Shown: positions 25,391-40,139 of the stretch, one piece after another
Numbering within the stretch: the first letter of the stretch is position 1
Layout: every line of letters begins with the position of its first letter
Assembly (NCBI GenBank): GCA_951406725.2
Contig: OX597820.1
Span: 28,396,001 to 28,460,000 of the forward strand
Direction: 5' to 3'
Length of the DNA stretch: 64,000 bases
From: Octopus vulgaris
Taxonomy: Eukaryota
Notes under the pieces: generated by a model
Told to the model about the DNA's origin: nothing
What the model saw: only the letters and a program-made list of their open reading frames with translations
Database searches by the model: none
Position numbers and translations under genes: made by a program

Positions 25391-27955
25391 TAAGTCTGGT
25401 AGATATTCTATCGATTTTCTGTATCGAATCGTCAGGTTGCAGCCAGATAACTTAATCTAAACCTGTTATCAAGCGTTGGTAGGCAACCACAAACACAATG
25501 ACACAGACAAATACACCCATAAAAGTGCACACATGCAAATACATATATACAATGAGAATCCACACATTTTCTCTCGACCAAACTCACTCACAAAGCAAAA
25601 GTTGTTCCAGAGCGATAATGAAAAAACAAAGTTTTGGCTCAGTGTACCTGAACATGAATCCACAAGGAGATGAACGAAGTTCTCTTAACCACGCATCTAT
25701 TAAGACTAAGTATACATACATACATACATATATACATACATACCTCATAAATACAAACATACATACAAATCTACACAAAATCTTTCAGACAAGAATGAAT
25801 ACGCTGACTTGGCAGGAAACCTGTGGTTTATTGATTGCCTAAACTCTATGTATAAACTTTACACAATCTGACACAATCAATACTTCCGAGACCGTTACGA
25901 ATCCCAAAAGGTATGTTCGTTATGAATACGTAAATGATGTTGGGAGCGAAGGGTATGTTCTAAACTCAAATAAATAAATAAAACTCCGCTTTATGAAATT
26001 AAAGGGAAATCACCACTGAATCTTGTGTCGGTATGTCTTGATTATAGAAAGACGTTTACATCTATTCTAGAACCATGTTTGTTGGAAACAATGCAGTTGG
26101 CAAATGTAGCTGCTGTTCTAATTGCTGCCATTGAAAAGTTCACAAAGACTTAGTCAATAATCGCCAATGTTATAACTGAATGCAGAATGATCGTGTCCAA
26201 CGTTATACAGTCGTTTAAAAGGAATATTCTCTGGAGACATTCCGCTTTTATTTTTGGCACCAAATTCACTGTCATTTCTTTGACAAAAGTTCAGTTGTTA
26301 TCTGTTAAATCCTACAACTGCAAGAGACATTAATGTAACGCAATTTCTTTGCCGACAACATAAAGATCTATTTTCTATATGTTTACAATGCTGAAAAACG
26401 CCTGTATTTGTTAACGACATTTTCAGCGGATTTCGGCAAGGAATTTAATGAAAAGAAATCGTATTTGGTTATTGAAAGTAGAAACACCCTTTACGGGACA
26501 TAAACTACTTTTACATTCATAGTTTCTACTTCCTACATTCCAAATAATAGTGCAACAAATATTCAAGTATTGATGAAAATGTATCATACAAATGTGCTAT
26601 GAAAAAAGACAAAACATCGAATGTGTACTACAATATATCTGAAATGTTTATGCCAGAATTTCCTTTTCACAGCAGGACAAAAATCCCGCCTTGGTTTTGA
26701 AATTCAAAAAGGAACAAATCTATATAATTTGTTGGTGAAATACTCTTAAAACACCACGCAATCAGTTTTGTCGCATAACTTTAATGAAAATATAATTCTT
26801 TCCCAATTTTCGTGCGATTTCAGCCAATCTGATCGTAGCGGCAAATCGATTATATCTACTGCAGTGTTTAGTTCGAACTTATTTTGGCGACCCTGTAAAT
26901 ATAAATGAGAAAGGCGAACTTGGCGAAATTTGAACTCAAAGCTTTAAGATCAAGAAGAAATAACTCTAAACAGTTTGTCCAATGCGCTGACCATTCTGCC
27001 AGCTTACCACCTTTATCGGCAGCCAGAGATAAATGTCATTAGCCACTTCCTTTCGACACGGCCATTCTATAGATACTAAGACAATAGTCTACGCTTTCAT
27101 TAGGAAAATCCTTTAAGTACATACATGCGTTCATACATATGCAGGTAATACATTTCCACTAAAAGAATATTGATCGAACTCACCAGTCAATTCTTTCCTT
27201 TGTGCATATTCAACATTTCTGGACAGCAACAGCATTTAACTGTCGTGCAAATATGAAGATTTCTTACACCGAAATATAGATAAAATATAATTGTGGCTAA
27301 CTGCTTCTGAAGCTATAGATTCCTTACTGAGATCATATAGATTTACATATTATTTTACCTTGATTATTATTAAAAGACGTCAGTGCTTTAATAGTAATCT
27401 CGAAACGCTGGAGTATGATCAGTTAACACGTGCATTTCGAAAGTTCAAATTGTAATCAGACTTGCGCTAATAAATCTCACCATGTAATGCTTTAATTTTG
27501 TCTGTTTATGAATTCAATGGAGCCTGTTACTTTGCTAGTAGTTATTCCTTTCATTGGATTGAAACTTAAACAAAACCATAATATAGACATAACCACATGC
27601 TTTAACATATCTCTAGGTCTCACAAAACACTTGATGCTTTTGGGTTGTTATTAAACCCTACATGGACTCGAGTTGAGAAGAACTATACTCAAGGGTTTAT
27701 ATACGTAACCACCTCATGCTTTTATTCATCTTATCAGATCAGTGACTAATTGTCAACATGTGAAACGATAGACGATGTGCGTCAGAGAATATTTGGCCGC
27801 AATGCTTCCAAATAGACGAGTATCATTGAAGATGTTCTCAACGGCAGTAATCATATTTTCTCAAAGGTTCATAGAAAGAACAACTTTATTCACTGTTTAT
27901 ATGTTACTCTCTGATAATGACCTGCACATAATTCAAGATGAGTATCAACCACATG

Positions 27956-28206
<251 letters not shown>

Positions 28207-28499
28207 ATATCACCATGCACCTCAAAATCAATATATCGTGGACAATGTATCTATGTTTCTGAGATAATTATAAGATTTCAGACCAGGCACAAATTTCAAA
28301 GAGTAATTTTGTAAGCTACGACGTTTTTAAGACTGGAAAAGTGTGGCATGAAGGTAACCAAAACAATAAATAGTACCATCGAGAAACATTGTAGAGGACT
28401 CATAGCTAGTTATCTCACAATATATCTTTCTATGTAACTTTTCGCGACTCAAAGCACATTTGAGAAGACGTTGTAATGCGGCGATGAGAACATTATATG

Positions 28500-28690
28500 T
28501 ATCTCTTTACTCTTTTAATTGTTTCAGTTATGTGACTGTGGCCATGCTGGAGCACCGCCTTTAGTCGAGCAAATCGACCCCAGGACTTATTCTTTGTAAG
28601 CCTAGTACTTATTCTATCGGTCTCTTTTGCCGAACCGCTAATTTACGGGGACGTAAACACACATCAGGCGATGTATGTATAAGTCAATAT
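28500..28690 (-). mobile_element. SINE family A, 3' half
   Basis: The minus strand ends GGCGGTGCTCCAGCATGGCCACAGTCACATAACTGAAAC...GAGTAAAGAG. Confidence 0.85.
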
Positions 28691-28717
28691 ATTATTATTA
28701 TTATTATTATTATTATT

Positions 28718-29273
28718 GAGTGAGCGAGCAGAGCATGCCATCAAAGTGACACTGGGGTAAAATATACGAAGCCCAGTATACCCATCATGACTACCCGTCT
28801 GATAAGGGTACACCAGGCACATGCATCACAACCATATGTGCGCGACATGGTGATCTCATATCAAGACAAACAGCACATGACCTTGCAGGTGGAGCCCAGT
28901 TAGAATTTTCTTCAGATCGAGTAACCCATCCCGCTCAAAAGGTCCCTGAATAAGGGTTGTTTAGGGACGTTGAACGAAACACCCATGTTTCCAGAGGTGA
29001 ATTATTCAAACCCCAAAGAATCCTTCTCAACACATGGCTATGATGCTCCCCCACTACTTCTGCTCGTGATCAGAGATGCACATATCGCCAGACACTAAGG
29101 GACATGCTCAACTGGTTAAGGTCAAACAACTGACAAGCAAATCTGTGGTATTGAGTAGAATATTTGCTGTAGCCCATCTTTTATACCAAGACAAAACAAT
29201 GTACATGATAACACTTCCAATCAGTTAAGATCAGAAGCCATGAGAGCCACTGCCTGGTACTGCATCAGGGCAT
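28718..29273. mobile_element. Non-coding interspersed element embedded in (TTA)n
   Basis: Flanked on both sides by (TTA)n. Its terminus CCACTGCCT..ACTGCATCAGGGCATTTATTATT recurs at 49790-49870. Confidence 0.6.
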
Positions 29274-29339
29274 TTATTATTATTATTATTGTTTCTGTTG
29301 TTATTGTTGTTGTTGTTGTTGTTGTTATTTTTACTACTA

Positions 29340-29635
29340 TATGAAAACTCACAGCTTATTTTACTGGGTAAGATGGAAAGTGTCAGCTATCCATAGCCAA
29401 CAGGCTAAGGTGACACTTGTATCCTCGTCAAACTTCAAAAAACACTGCGAAGAATACTTGCATTTCCAAGCCATGCTGATTTTTGTAGGTGTTCTACCTT
29501 TACACGTGCACCGATATTTTTCGCCCTCATTGGTAGTTGAGTGCTGATACTTCCATGTGCATCAACAATTATTGGTATCTACTTTCTTCATTGGCCATGA
29601 CCTTCGTATTTCCCAATTCAAATCGCCATAGTTGT
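29340..29635 (-). mobile_element. R4/Dong-clade (RLE) retrotransposon 3' end, degraded
   Basis: The minus strand reads WEIRRSWPMKKVD..PIIVDAHGS...LQKSAWLGNASILRSV across frameshifts, like the LQKxxLLGTARILR C-terminus. It is followed by (CAA/TAA)n. Confidence 0.7.
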
Positions 29636-29674
29636 TTATTTTATCTTCATTATTATTATTATTATTATTATTAT

Positions 29675-29675
<1 letters not shown>

Positions 29676-29708
<33 letters not shown>

Positions 29709-29721
29709 TGTTGTTGTTGTT

Positions 29722-29815
<94 letters not shown>
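29676..29815. repeat. (GTA)n/(GTT)n microsatellite
   Basis: Direct reading. Confidence 0.95.
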
Positions 29816-29816
<1 letters not shown>

Positions 29817-30761
29817 TTTCTTTGTAACAGGTTTTGTTGGAGGTTCTCAAATCTTCCATGCGTAGCGGGCTTGCTCCTTGCCGCCGACGGTACCAAGCTA
29901 TCCGTTCTTTTCAGCTGTCTTGTACTTTCTTGTTTATTCTGGCCGTGCCAAGGCGGTAAACCTTTTATAACAGTTCTACTGAGTACGATATTCTAATTTC
30001 CATTATGTTCCTCTCCATGCCATCTGATACTGCCCCAAGGACCAAACAATATTTTGCACTATCTTCAACTTCTTATAAGAGGGTTGGTTTGTAGAAATTA
30101 GCGTTCAAATCTAAGGAAGCATCTAAAAAATTCAGTCACCAGTTAATGTCAATAGAAATAACAAATCCTATGGAGCTACAGGTTGAATTCACCTGGTTTA
30201 TTTTATTTTATTTACTATAATATTTTAACATACTTAATTGATCGAGTGCTGTACAACTTGTTGAAAATTCTTACCACACAATATATGTGTGTATGTATGT
30301 GTGTAGGCATTATGCAAGCGTACACGCATGCATGAATGTATGTATGAATACATGTACATGCTTGTATTGTATATGCATGTATAGATATATAAATTATATA
30401 ATATATATGTGTGTATATATGAATTAATATACATTATCACATATGCATATCAACATATGATGCAAGGATACTCTCCCATATATACATATACTTTCCCATA
30501 TATATATACAGAGAGAGGAAGAGAGACAAAGAACTCCATCATTTTGGTTGTACAATACTGAGAAATATCTATGCTATAATGAAAGAATGTGCTGAAATTT
30601 ATTCTACTAATTATAAAACGCTCAATATATATATACATCTATATATATATATCTTTATATATATATATATACACACACATATATGTATGTATATATATAT
30701 ACATATATATACATCTATATATATATATATCTTTATATATATATATACACACACATATATG

Positions 30762-30828
<67 letters not shown>

Positions 30829-31886
30829 TTACTTGGAAACGGATATATATTTATATATTTTTATGTGTGTGTGTGTTTGCATATATATATATACATACCT
30901 ACACTTTCATGAATGTATATAAACGTATACTTAGGTATGGCTGTCACTATGTACGTATCTATATACATACAATCATTCATACGTGTATATATGCGTGCAT
31001 TGATGTGTGTGAGGAAGACAGATTGGGAGAAACAGAGAGAGAGATGAAAATGACAACGAATATCGTCACGTCTTTAAAATATTAATTTCTCAATGCTGTG
31101 TAATGTAATTTCGATGACACAAGGAAGCTTGTTGTCTGCGAGAAAGCTGAAGAAACATAAAAAGTAAAACAAAAAAAAGTATATTAGTACAATCTATACG
31201 AAGTACAACAACAGTTGTCAAGAAGATTCAGCAAGAACAACAAAAACAATAACAAGAGCAATGCTGAATATAATCAAGCAACAGAAAGCACTGAAAAACC
31301 GAAAGAAATGAAAATTAAGCATTTATCAGATTTTTGTCTCTTACGAAATTGGAATGCATTGAAACTGGCTGTGGTAAAATAAGATTAATCTTTGACAAAC
31401 TTGTGTAATTACGTTTGTCGAAAATTATCCTCGTATATTTCGTTCGGCGAACACTTGAGATTCCGAAATTTGATACGTATAATGTTATAAATTTTATCGT
31501 TTGCTAGAAATAATGCAGACGAGAGGAAAATGAAAGAGCAGCAGATACGCAACTAGAGTCGCATAACTACTCATTTGAAATCACTTCGATACACGTACAA
31601 GTGCACAAGAATGAACACATATTTATACACAGAAACACACACATATATATGTAGTTATATATATATCTACAAACATATAAATATAGAGAGACGCGCACAC
31701 TTACAGCCCCACCATACACACACACGCATACAAGCATAATATATATATATATTATACATAGATATATATAAATTTTTCTATATATATTTACATATATATA
31801 AAGCTTTCTATATATATTTATAATTATAAGCAAATATACTTATAAATGTTTTATATTTATATATTTTATATATGTGTCCATGTATA

Positions 31887-31922
<36 letters not shown>

Positions 31923-31928
31923 AATATA

Positions 31929-31973
<45 letters not shown>

Positions 31974-32404
31974 GGGGGTGCAATAATACAACGATACATA
32001 CTTAAATAAGGTGATACATATCTACAGAGGCCCTATATATATGAGGTGTATATGTGTGTTGTGTGTGCAGGCGTGTGTGTCTATGTGTGAGAGAGAGAGT
32101 ATGTGCGTGTGTGTGTTCAACATAGTTAAAAGATCGATTGACGCCTGAACGGAATCAATAAAACAAAGAAATTATCAACACTAGCAATTGTGGAACATCT
32201 GAGTTAAAAAAAAAAACTGTTGAGCAAACAGGAAAAGCTAAAGTAAAACAATGATTGTTCAGATAATCATATATACTGCTTGCAACTGCAAATAAGTTTG
32301 CTGTTTTAGCTACTTAGCGAGTTTGTCGCGCTTGAGTCTGAGCACGTTTATGCGTATATCTGGTATATGCGTGCCTGTATGTACATATGTATGTATACAT
32401 AGAT

Positions 32405-32670
32405 GAACTGTGTGCGATGGATAATTTGTCGTCATTTTATATTCTTAATTTCGCGTTTGCGCATTGTTTGTTTTTTTATATTTTGTCGGCTGCATAGTAT
32501 AGTAGGGTCAGTTGGACAGCATCTGTGAGAAAAACAGCAACATGATGTAATTCAATCTGCCAAAAATTTGGAAACGACATGCTGTACTGTTTGGCATTAG
32601 TGCTGGAAGCTCCAATACGAACATTTCAGAGTGCTTGTGTGTCAATCTGAGGACATGTACCGAGAGTGAA
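32405..32670 (+). mobile_element. Tc1/mariner-type 5' remnant
   Basis: A TIR-like start followed by the degraded N-terminus IWKRHAVLFGISAGSSNTNISECLCVNLRT (HTH-like). Confidence 0.45.
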
Positions 32671-32675
32671 TAATA

Positions 32676-32906
32676 CAGGTTTGGCCAAATGTCACCCGGC
32701 AGTAAATCAAAATTCCATGAATACTATCCGTAATTCTCTAGTGACTCACATAGAAAAAATTGTGCTGCTCAAGGACTTCAGTTTGAACTATTTTCATGAT
32801 GTTTCATATTTAGATGCTTTTATTAAATCCATTCAGTTGTTAAACATAAATAAATCTTGGAATTAAATGCTTTTGATTTACTGTCAGGTGACTTTGGCCA
32901 ACCCTG
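32676..32906. mobile_element. Tc1/mariner-derived MITE with ~36-bp TIRs and a TA TSD
   Basis: Left TA-CAGGTTTGGCCAAATGTCACCCGGCAGTAAATCAAAA; right (reverse complement) TA-CAGGGTTGGCCAAAGTCACCTGACAGTAAATCAAAA. Confidence 0.85.
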
Positions 32907-32910
32907 TATG

Positions 32911-33103
<193 letters not shown>

Positions 33104-33767
33104 AAGATATATATATATATATATACATAGACAGATAGATGTGTACGTGTGTGTGTGTTGGTTGCTTTGTGACTTTTCTCCCACACATCTCAGCTGTGTT
33201 TTCAAATTCTGCTTTGTTCTATTATGTGAAAAGTCCCTTGAGAGAGGACAACACACAGTATCAATGTCAGGTCCAACAACTGGAATTTTTCTTGCGTCAC
33301 TTGAGAAACCTCATTATATTCTTCACTGTAATTTACATCAGTATATATAATAAGGTTATGGCGACGCGCAGTAACTTGCCCATTTACAATCGCGTATACT
33401 AGGGTATCATTGGTGAAGTGTAAGCATTTGTTATACATATTTTATACGTTTCGTACATTTGTACTGTGATGTGAAACCCCATTTGTCTTCGTGGTCGATA
33501 AACAGTGAAATATAGGGGCCAATACATATCTCATTTCCACTGTATTTTCCCTTCTTTAGACTAAACATACTTTCTTCAAGGTTTGCACAGCGATTGTCTA
33601 CCTATGGTTTAAAATAACAAATTCCTGCAGGATAACGGTGTGGTGAACCTACAAATCTATTTCGAATTGCAGTGGAGTTCAATGATAGCAGCTGGTGGGA
33701 AATGTAAGTGGATTTTTGCAGCTGGGTCCATGAGTTGTGCTTCTGTTAATATAGTATGTAAAATTAA

Positions 33768-33982
33768 GGCGACGAGCTGGTAGAACTGTTAGCACTCCGG
33801 GCAAAATGCTTAGTGGTATTTCGCCCGTCGTTACGTTCTGAGTTCAAATTCCACCGAAGTCGACTTTACTTTTTATCCTTTCGGAGTCGATGAAAGAAGT
33901 ATCAGTTGAACATTGGTGTCGATGTAATTCCCTTATTCGCTGCCTTAAAATCGCTGGCCTTGTGTCAAAATGTGAAACCAAT
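33768..33982 (+). mobile_element. SINE family D
   Basis: GGCGACGAGCTGGTAGAA...GAGTTCAAATTCC...GTCGACTT...ATCCTTTCGGAGTCGAT. Related degraded pieces at ~2150-2225, 26910-27015 (-) and 49875-49920. Confidence 0.7.
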
Positions 33983-34011
33983 ATAGTGTGTGGTATAAGT
34001 AGTATTTTATG

Positions 34012-34323
34012 TGGAGGTGCAATGGCCCAGTGGTTAGAGCAGTGGACTCCCGGTCGTAGGATCGCGGTTTCGATTCCCAGACCGAGCGTTGTGATTGTTT
34101 ATTGAGCAAAAACACTTAAAGCTCCACGAGGCTCCGGCAGGGGGTGGTGACGATCCCTGCTGTACTCTTTCGCCACAACTTTATCTCACTCCTTCTTCTG
34201 TTGGCCTGCTCGCTTAGCCAGCGGAGTGGCATCGTTTGAAGGCTAAAACAATGCGAATCGCATTGTGACCAGCGATGTGCAGCAACATCTGATAGCCTGG
34301 TCGGTCACGGTAATCCCGGTGAT
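34012..34323 (+). mobile_element. SINE with family B head and body and an alternative tail
   Basis: GGAGGTGCAATGGCCCAGTGGTTAGAGC...TTTCGATTCC...CTCTTTCGCCACAACTTT is shared with the 4155 and 56820 copies; the 3' part differs. Confidence 0.85.
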
Positions 34324-34774
34324 AAGTGCTATTTTAGATAGGATGAAGTTATCTGCATTATACAATCATGGATCTACGTCGCTGTTTGATTTCTTTGAAT
34401 TCAGCCAAAAGTCACTTCTTTCTGACGTCCAGAAACCGAACCTTATGAGTACGCTGGCGTTTGGCTTCGATTTTGCTGGGAGACTCAGTTTGATGATGTT
34501 AACTTCTCTCGGCTTACTAAGGTCATGGAATTTCGTTTGTTCCTCAACTAGATGATGACGTATTAATCTTTTCTTGAATTCAACAGCCCACGTACTACTA
34601 TAATTTTCTTAACGATCATCTGGCTTAGCGTGTTTGATATAACATCAGCTTCGTACACAACTGTCATTACACTGCGAGCTTGACATGATGGACAAGAATT
34701 TGCATCTCTGTTGATGCGTTGATCTGTTTCACATATTTGAAATTAGAACTTTATCTAGGCATGGTGACGCGCAG

Positions 34775-35040
34775 TCATGTTTGTTTGGTTAAGAAGCATG
34801 CTTTGCAAACACGTGGCTTCGGTATCAGTTCCACTGTACAGGTGACTGTATGCCTGTGTTTGTCTCTCTAACACCACTCCACGACCGCTGTTCATTTGTT
34901 TACCTCCTGATAACTTAGACGTTCAGTAACAGAGACAAGGAAGATAATACCAGACTTGAAAATAAATGCTCCAGCATGGCCACAAAGCAATGTCCCAGCA
35001 TGGCCACAGTACAATGACTGAAACAAGTGCAAGATAAAAT
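34775..35040 (+). mobile_element. Degraded SINE family A with a duplicated 3' motif
   Basis: CCAGCATGGCCACA occurs twice (34971 and 34995), followed by CTGAAAC. Confidence 0.7.
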
Positions 35041-35535
35041 ATTAGTTGTACCTCAACAGACAAAAGTTTTCATCTAAAACTTTGAATCAGTAAACATTTA
35101 GTTCTCATTTAAAATTAGAAGCCAGGATTATGACGCTGAAATGTTCAGATATGCTTTCGGCTCTATTTCAGGTGTTAGGTTATCGTCTAGCTGAAATTTC
35201 TCACACGCATGGAGATCTTCACGTTCAGGCACTTGAGTACGATATATTCAGTATATAAATCAATTAATATTGCTTTATATTTGAATCCGAAAATATTAAG
35301 CTAGAAAAGTTCTTAGTTCAGCAGAAGTTGGTTCTTGATCTCATACTAAAGCTACAGGGATTTTAATACATCATTTTGCTACTACTTTGTTACAAGCGAT
35401 TGCGCATAACCGGTTCCCGGTGATGTCAGAGGACAAATTAAGATTACATACACACACATCACAAATATATATATATATATACATACACACACACACATAT
35501 ATAAACGTATGTATATATTTGTGTATGTGTGTAAA

Positions 35536-35611
<76 letters not shown>

Positions 35612-35877
35612 TGTATGTATGCTTGCATGTATGTATGTTACTATGTTATTTTCCAAGAACGAGAGATACAGGAAATACAATGGGAAGTGTTAAAAATCAT
35701 CCAGTTTATAAATAACATAGTTTCATCGATTTCTTCGACGCTATTTTAGCAACATTTTATGACATTCTACCATTATCTGAAATTCTACAGAGCGTAATAA
35801 AAGCGTCAATAAAGACGGTTGCATTAAATTGAATGACAACTGCGGAATTGTCGAGCTTAAAACTCATATATAATTAT

Positions 35878-35924
<47 letters not shown>

Positions 35925-35969
35925 GTAAGCATATGTAAATACTTATGCATATATATCTATATCTATACA

Positions 35970-36009
<40 letters not shown>

Positions 36010-36010
<1 letters not shown>

Positions 36011-36175
36011 TTTCACTTTTTATACTTTTACTTGTTTCAATCATTTGATTGCGCCCATGCTGCAGCAGCGCTTTTAGTCGAACAAATCCATCCCAACACA
36101 TATACTTTATAAGCAAGAACACCAACATCACCTCTGAAGCGAACGTGGCGGGAACAAATACAGACACACAAATAC
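36010..36175 (-). mobile_element. Degraded SINE family A, 3' part
   Basis: TGTTTCAATCATTTGATTGCGCCCATGCTGCAGCAGCGC...TTTAGTCGAACAAATC. Confidence 0.65.
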
Positions 36176-36247
36176 ATACATACATACATACATACATACA
36201 TACATACATACATACATACATACATACATACATACATACATACATGC

Positions 36248-36282
<35 letters not shown>

Positions 36283-37018
36283 CAAACATGTGTGTTTGTC
36301 TACGTATATATATATACGCATATACAAAGTAAATGCTTACATATGTATTGCTATATAAACATAGATTAACACGTTTGTATATATGTGTATATGTATAGGT
36401 ATATATGTGCGTGTATATGCGTGTGTACGTGTGTGTGTGTGGAAAAAGAGACAAAGGTATACATATGTCTATACATACTTTTATATATACATACACACAT
36501 GCATGCATATGCATATATACATACACACATGCATGCATATGCATATATACATACATGCATACATACACGCATACATACATAACTATATATATACGCACGT
36601 ACAACATACGTAAGTACGTATGTACAAAAACGCATACATGCACGCAGCCACGTATTTACTGACATATCCACGCATTAAATAATTATAATTTGTGTCTGAA
36701 CATTTGAAATTCCTGGTCAATCCGGTCGCGTATATTTATGTTAGCGAGTTTGCATATAAGTATGCGAATATATATTCATAGTTGAGACAACGACTATTTA
36801 ATTTCTCTGCGTGTCTGTCCCTGTGAACACTAGTAAATCAATCAGTGAATGTGCACCTATAAACATATAGGTAGGTGTATTAAGTAAATGGTTATGTAAA
36901 TAAATCTACATGAACAGTCTTTTAATTTTCGTTATCTCTTCGTATATATATGTATGTATGTATGTATATATGTATGTATGTATGTATTTATGTATGTATA
37001 TATGCATGTATGTATGTA

Positions 37019-37120
<102 letters not shown>

Positions 37121-37216
37121 CATTTATATATACATATAAAAAGAGAAAGAGTGTGTATTTGCGAGAGACAAAGACCGACAGTCAGCAAAAGAGACTCACA
37201 CAAAATTATATGTGTC

Positions 37217-37298
<82 letters not shown>

Positions 37299-37419
37299 GT
37301 ATGTATGCATAGAGAGATACAGACATACACAATAATACATGCATGCATACATATTCATATACTTTACATATAAGTACATATAAGTACGTATCATGTATCT
37401 ATATGTAGATAAATGTGTG

Positions 37420-37454
<35 letters not shown>

Positions 37455-38033
37455 ATATATATATGTATGTATTATACATATATATGTTTATATATGTAAC
37501 ATACATATATATAGATAGATACGTACTTATAAATACATATGTATATATATATACATACACACACGCACATGTGCATACCTATGGTACGTTTCTGTGTAAT
37601 ATTGCAATATGTTATAAAATTTGATAAAATGACATTACAAAATCAAATTTCTAACTTTTAATTGATTTGATGTATATTAGATTCTCACACGCAAGGCTTG
37701 ATAACCGCACAGTTACATACACACTTTACATGTGTGTGTCTGTGTATGTGTGCGTATGTATATGTATATGCATGTATGCTTTCCTCATGCCATGCAACTT
37801 ATGTTGCTATTGAAGAGTATCTGTATAGCGCTTGTGAGCTTATAAAATTCATTATACACAGTAATGGGACAAGGTGAATGTTATACATTGATTAATAAGT
37901 TTTCATAATTGATTAAAATTCGGTCCATTTTTCTACACTAGCCAATTGTAAGATAGAATGATAGCGAGTTGTTTACTGCAACCTATGAGCTCCCTATATA
38001 TTGATTCACACACACACACACACACATATTCAT

Positions 38034-38077
<44 letters not shown>

Positions 38078-38099
38078 TTATATATGTATATATAATCAT

Positions 38100-38315
38100 T
38101 TATTCTTTTGTTTGTTTCATTCACATGACTGCAGCCATGCTGGAAAATCACCTTAAACGATTTTGGTGGAATAAATCAACACCAGGACTTATTGTTTGTA
38201 AGCCTAGTACTAATTCTATCAGTCTCTTTTGCCGAATCGTTACGTTACGGGGACGTAAACACACCAACAAGTGATGGTGGAGAGACAAACACAGACTCAA
38301 AGGCACAGACACACA
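38100..38315 (-). mobile_element. SINE family A, 3' part
   Basis: GCCATGCTGG...GGACTTATT.TTTGTAAGCCTAGTACT...ACGGGGACGTAAACACACCA. Confidence 0.75.
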
Positions 38316-38332
38316 CTATATGTGTGTACCTT

Positions 38333-38411
<79 letters not shown>

Positions 38412-38682
38412 TAAATTAGAGATAAAACCACTATTAGGCAAATCAAACAGTGAAAATCATAAACCAATACATTTAATTATACAATTAAACCAATACAATT
38501 AATTAATACTCTTTATCTTATATTAAACTTTTAATACTTTTTGATAGTTATATATAAAAAAAAGAATAAATAAATAAATAAAATAATAACCATATATATA
38601 TATATACATATATTTAAAACTTATAACTTTAAATTATTAATTAAAATAATTTTTAAAAATTTTAACTTTAAACACTGAAAGT

Positions 38683-39692
38683 AATTGTTGAAATTATAAT
38701 TAATCTCCCTCTAATTAATGCTTCGGATTTTACCGAAATAAGCATAGCGTTTGATGATTTTAACCCACGCTGGTGGAAAGGGGAGAACAGAAATTCTTCA
38801 CTTGCTTATTTGGGTTAGTTGGCACTGTTAGTTACGAGCGGATCTTCGAAAGGGTATGTTCTTACTTTCAGTGTTTCCAAATCCAAACCAAGGAGTTGTT
38901 GAGCTGAAGATAGAAATGTTGTTTTGACTAATCTTGAAACGTACGTTCTCAAATAACCTTAGCATTTGATTTTTTAATGTCCTTACCCCCAAACTTTTGT
39001 GAGTTGAATTAAGCAAACGCTATATATGAGAGAGATTTTCTTTAAGTATTAGAAATAGCTTTAAAAAAGTTTTTTAGCTGCTATTTCTAATGAGTTCAGT
39101 ATGCGGCAAAGTAATTTATTTTACTAAGCCCTTTTATATAATGTAATAATTTGAATTCGCCTTAAATGGTCCCTTTGCATACTGAACACTTGGTGAAATT
39201 GATTAATAATTAATTAATTTTACCCTCAATTGTTGAAATTATAATTAATCTCCCTCTAATTAATGCTTCGGATTTTACCGAAATAAGCATAGCGTTTGAT
39301 GATTTTAACCCACGCTGGTGGAAAGGGGAGAACAGAAATTCTTCACTTGCTTATTTGGGTTAGTTGGCACTGTTAGTTACGAGCGGATCTTCGAAAGGGT
39401 ATGTTCTTACTTTCAGTGTTTCCAAATCCAAACCAAGGAGTTTTTGAGCTGAAGATAGAAATGTTGTTTTGACTAATCTTGAAACGTACGTTCTCAAATA
39501 ACCTTAGCATTTGATTTTTTAATGTCCTTACCCCCAAACTTTTGTGAGTTGAATTAAGCAAACGCTATATATGAGAGAGATTTTCTTTAAGTATTAGAAA
39601 TAGCTTTAAAAAAGTTTTTTAGCTGCTATTTCTAATGAGTTCAGTATGCGGCAAAGTAATTTATTTTACTAAGCCCTTTTATATAATGTAAT
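38683..39692. repeat. 545-bp near-identical tandem duplication (~1.85 units), probably a Penelope-derived terminal repeat
   Basis: Units start at 38683 and 39228. The ORF-track peptides at 38828 and 39373 differ by one residue. Confidence 0.85.
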
Positions 39693-40098
39693 ATATATAT
39701 ATATGTATATGAATATGTAATGATATATATATATATATATATATGTATATGAATATGTAATGATATATATATATATATGTATATGTATATATGTATGTAT
39801 GCATGTATGTATGTATGTATGCATGCATGCATGTATGTATGTATGTATATAAATTGAAAGAAAAGAGAAAGAAATAGGACAAGATTTCCATCCTAGTCAT
39901 TTCGCCTGATGAAATTCTAATGGAGTATTACCTAAAGATGTCTCAATTTATATAAGCATGGTATATCATAGTGTTATATGGTCTCGTACGCTATTACTTG
40001 TTGAATTATATGATTCATTGTGTTAATTATAAATTTTATCTCCAAAGCGCGTATAGTAATGGCGAAATTATGAATTCGTTTCATGTTTAGGACAATAT

Positions 40099-40139
<41 letters not shown>

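Noticed and set aside
26130-26895. Possible hAT transposon remnant (ends TTGGCGACCCTG)
   Set aside because: No matching second TIR or readable transposase motif was found by eye.
38900-38925. CTGAAGA-TA-GAAA in the 545-bp unit
   Set aside because: There is no room for stem II and no stem I or III pairing.
39901-40068. Hammerhead candidate TTTCGC-CTGATGA...GCGAAA
   Set aside because: There is no GAAA/UH in the correct register; at best it is heavily decayed.
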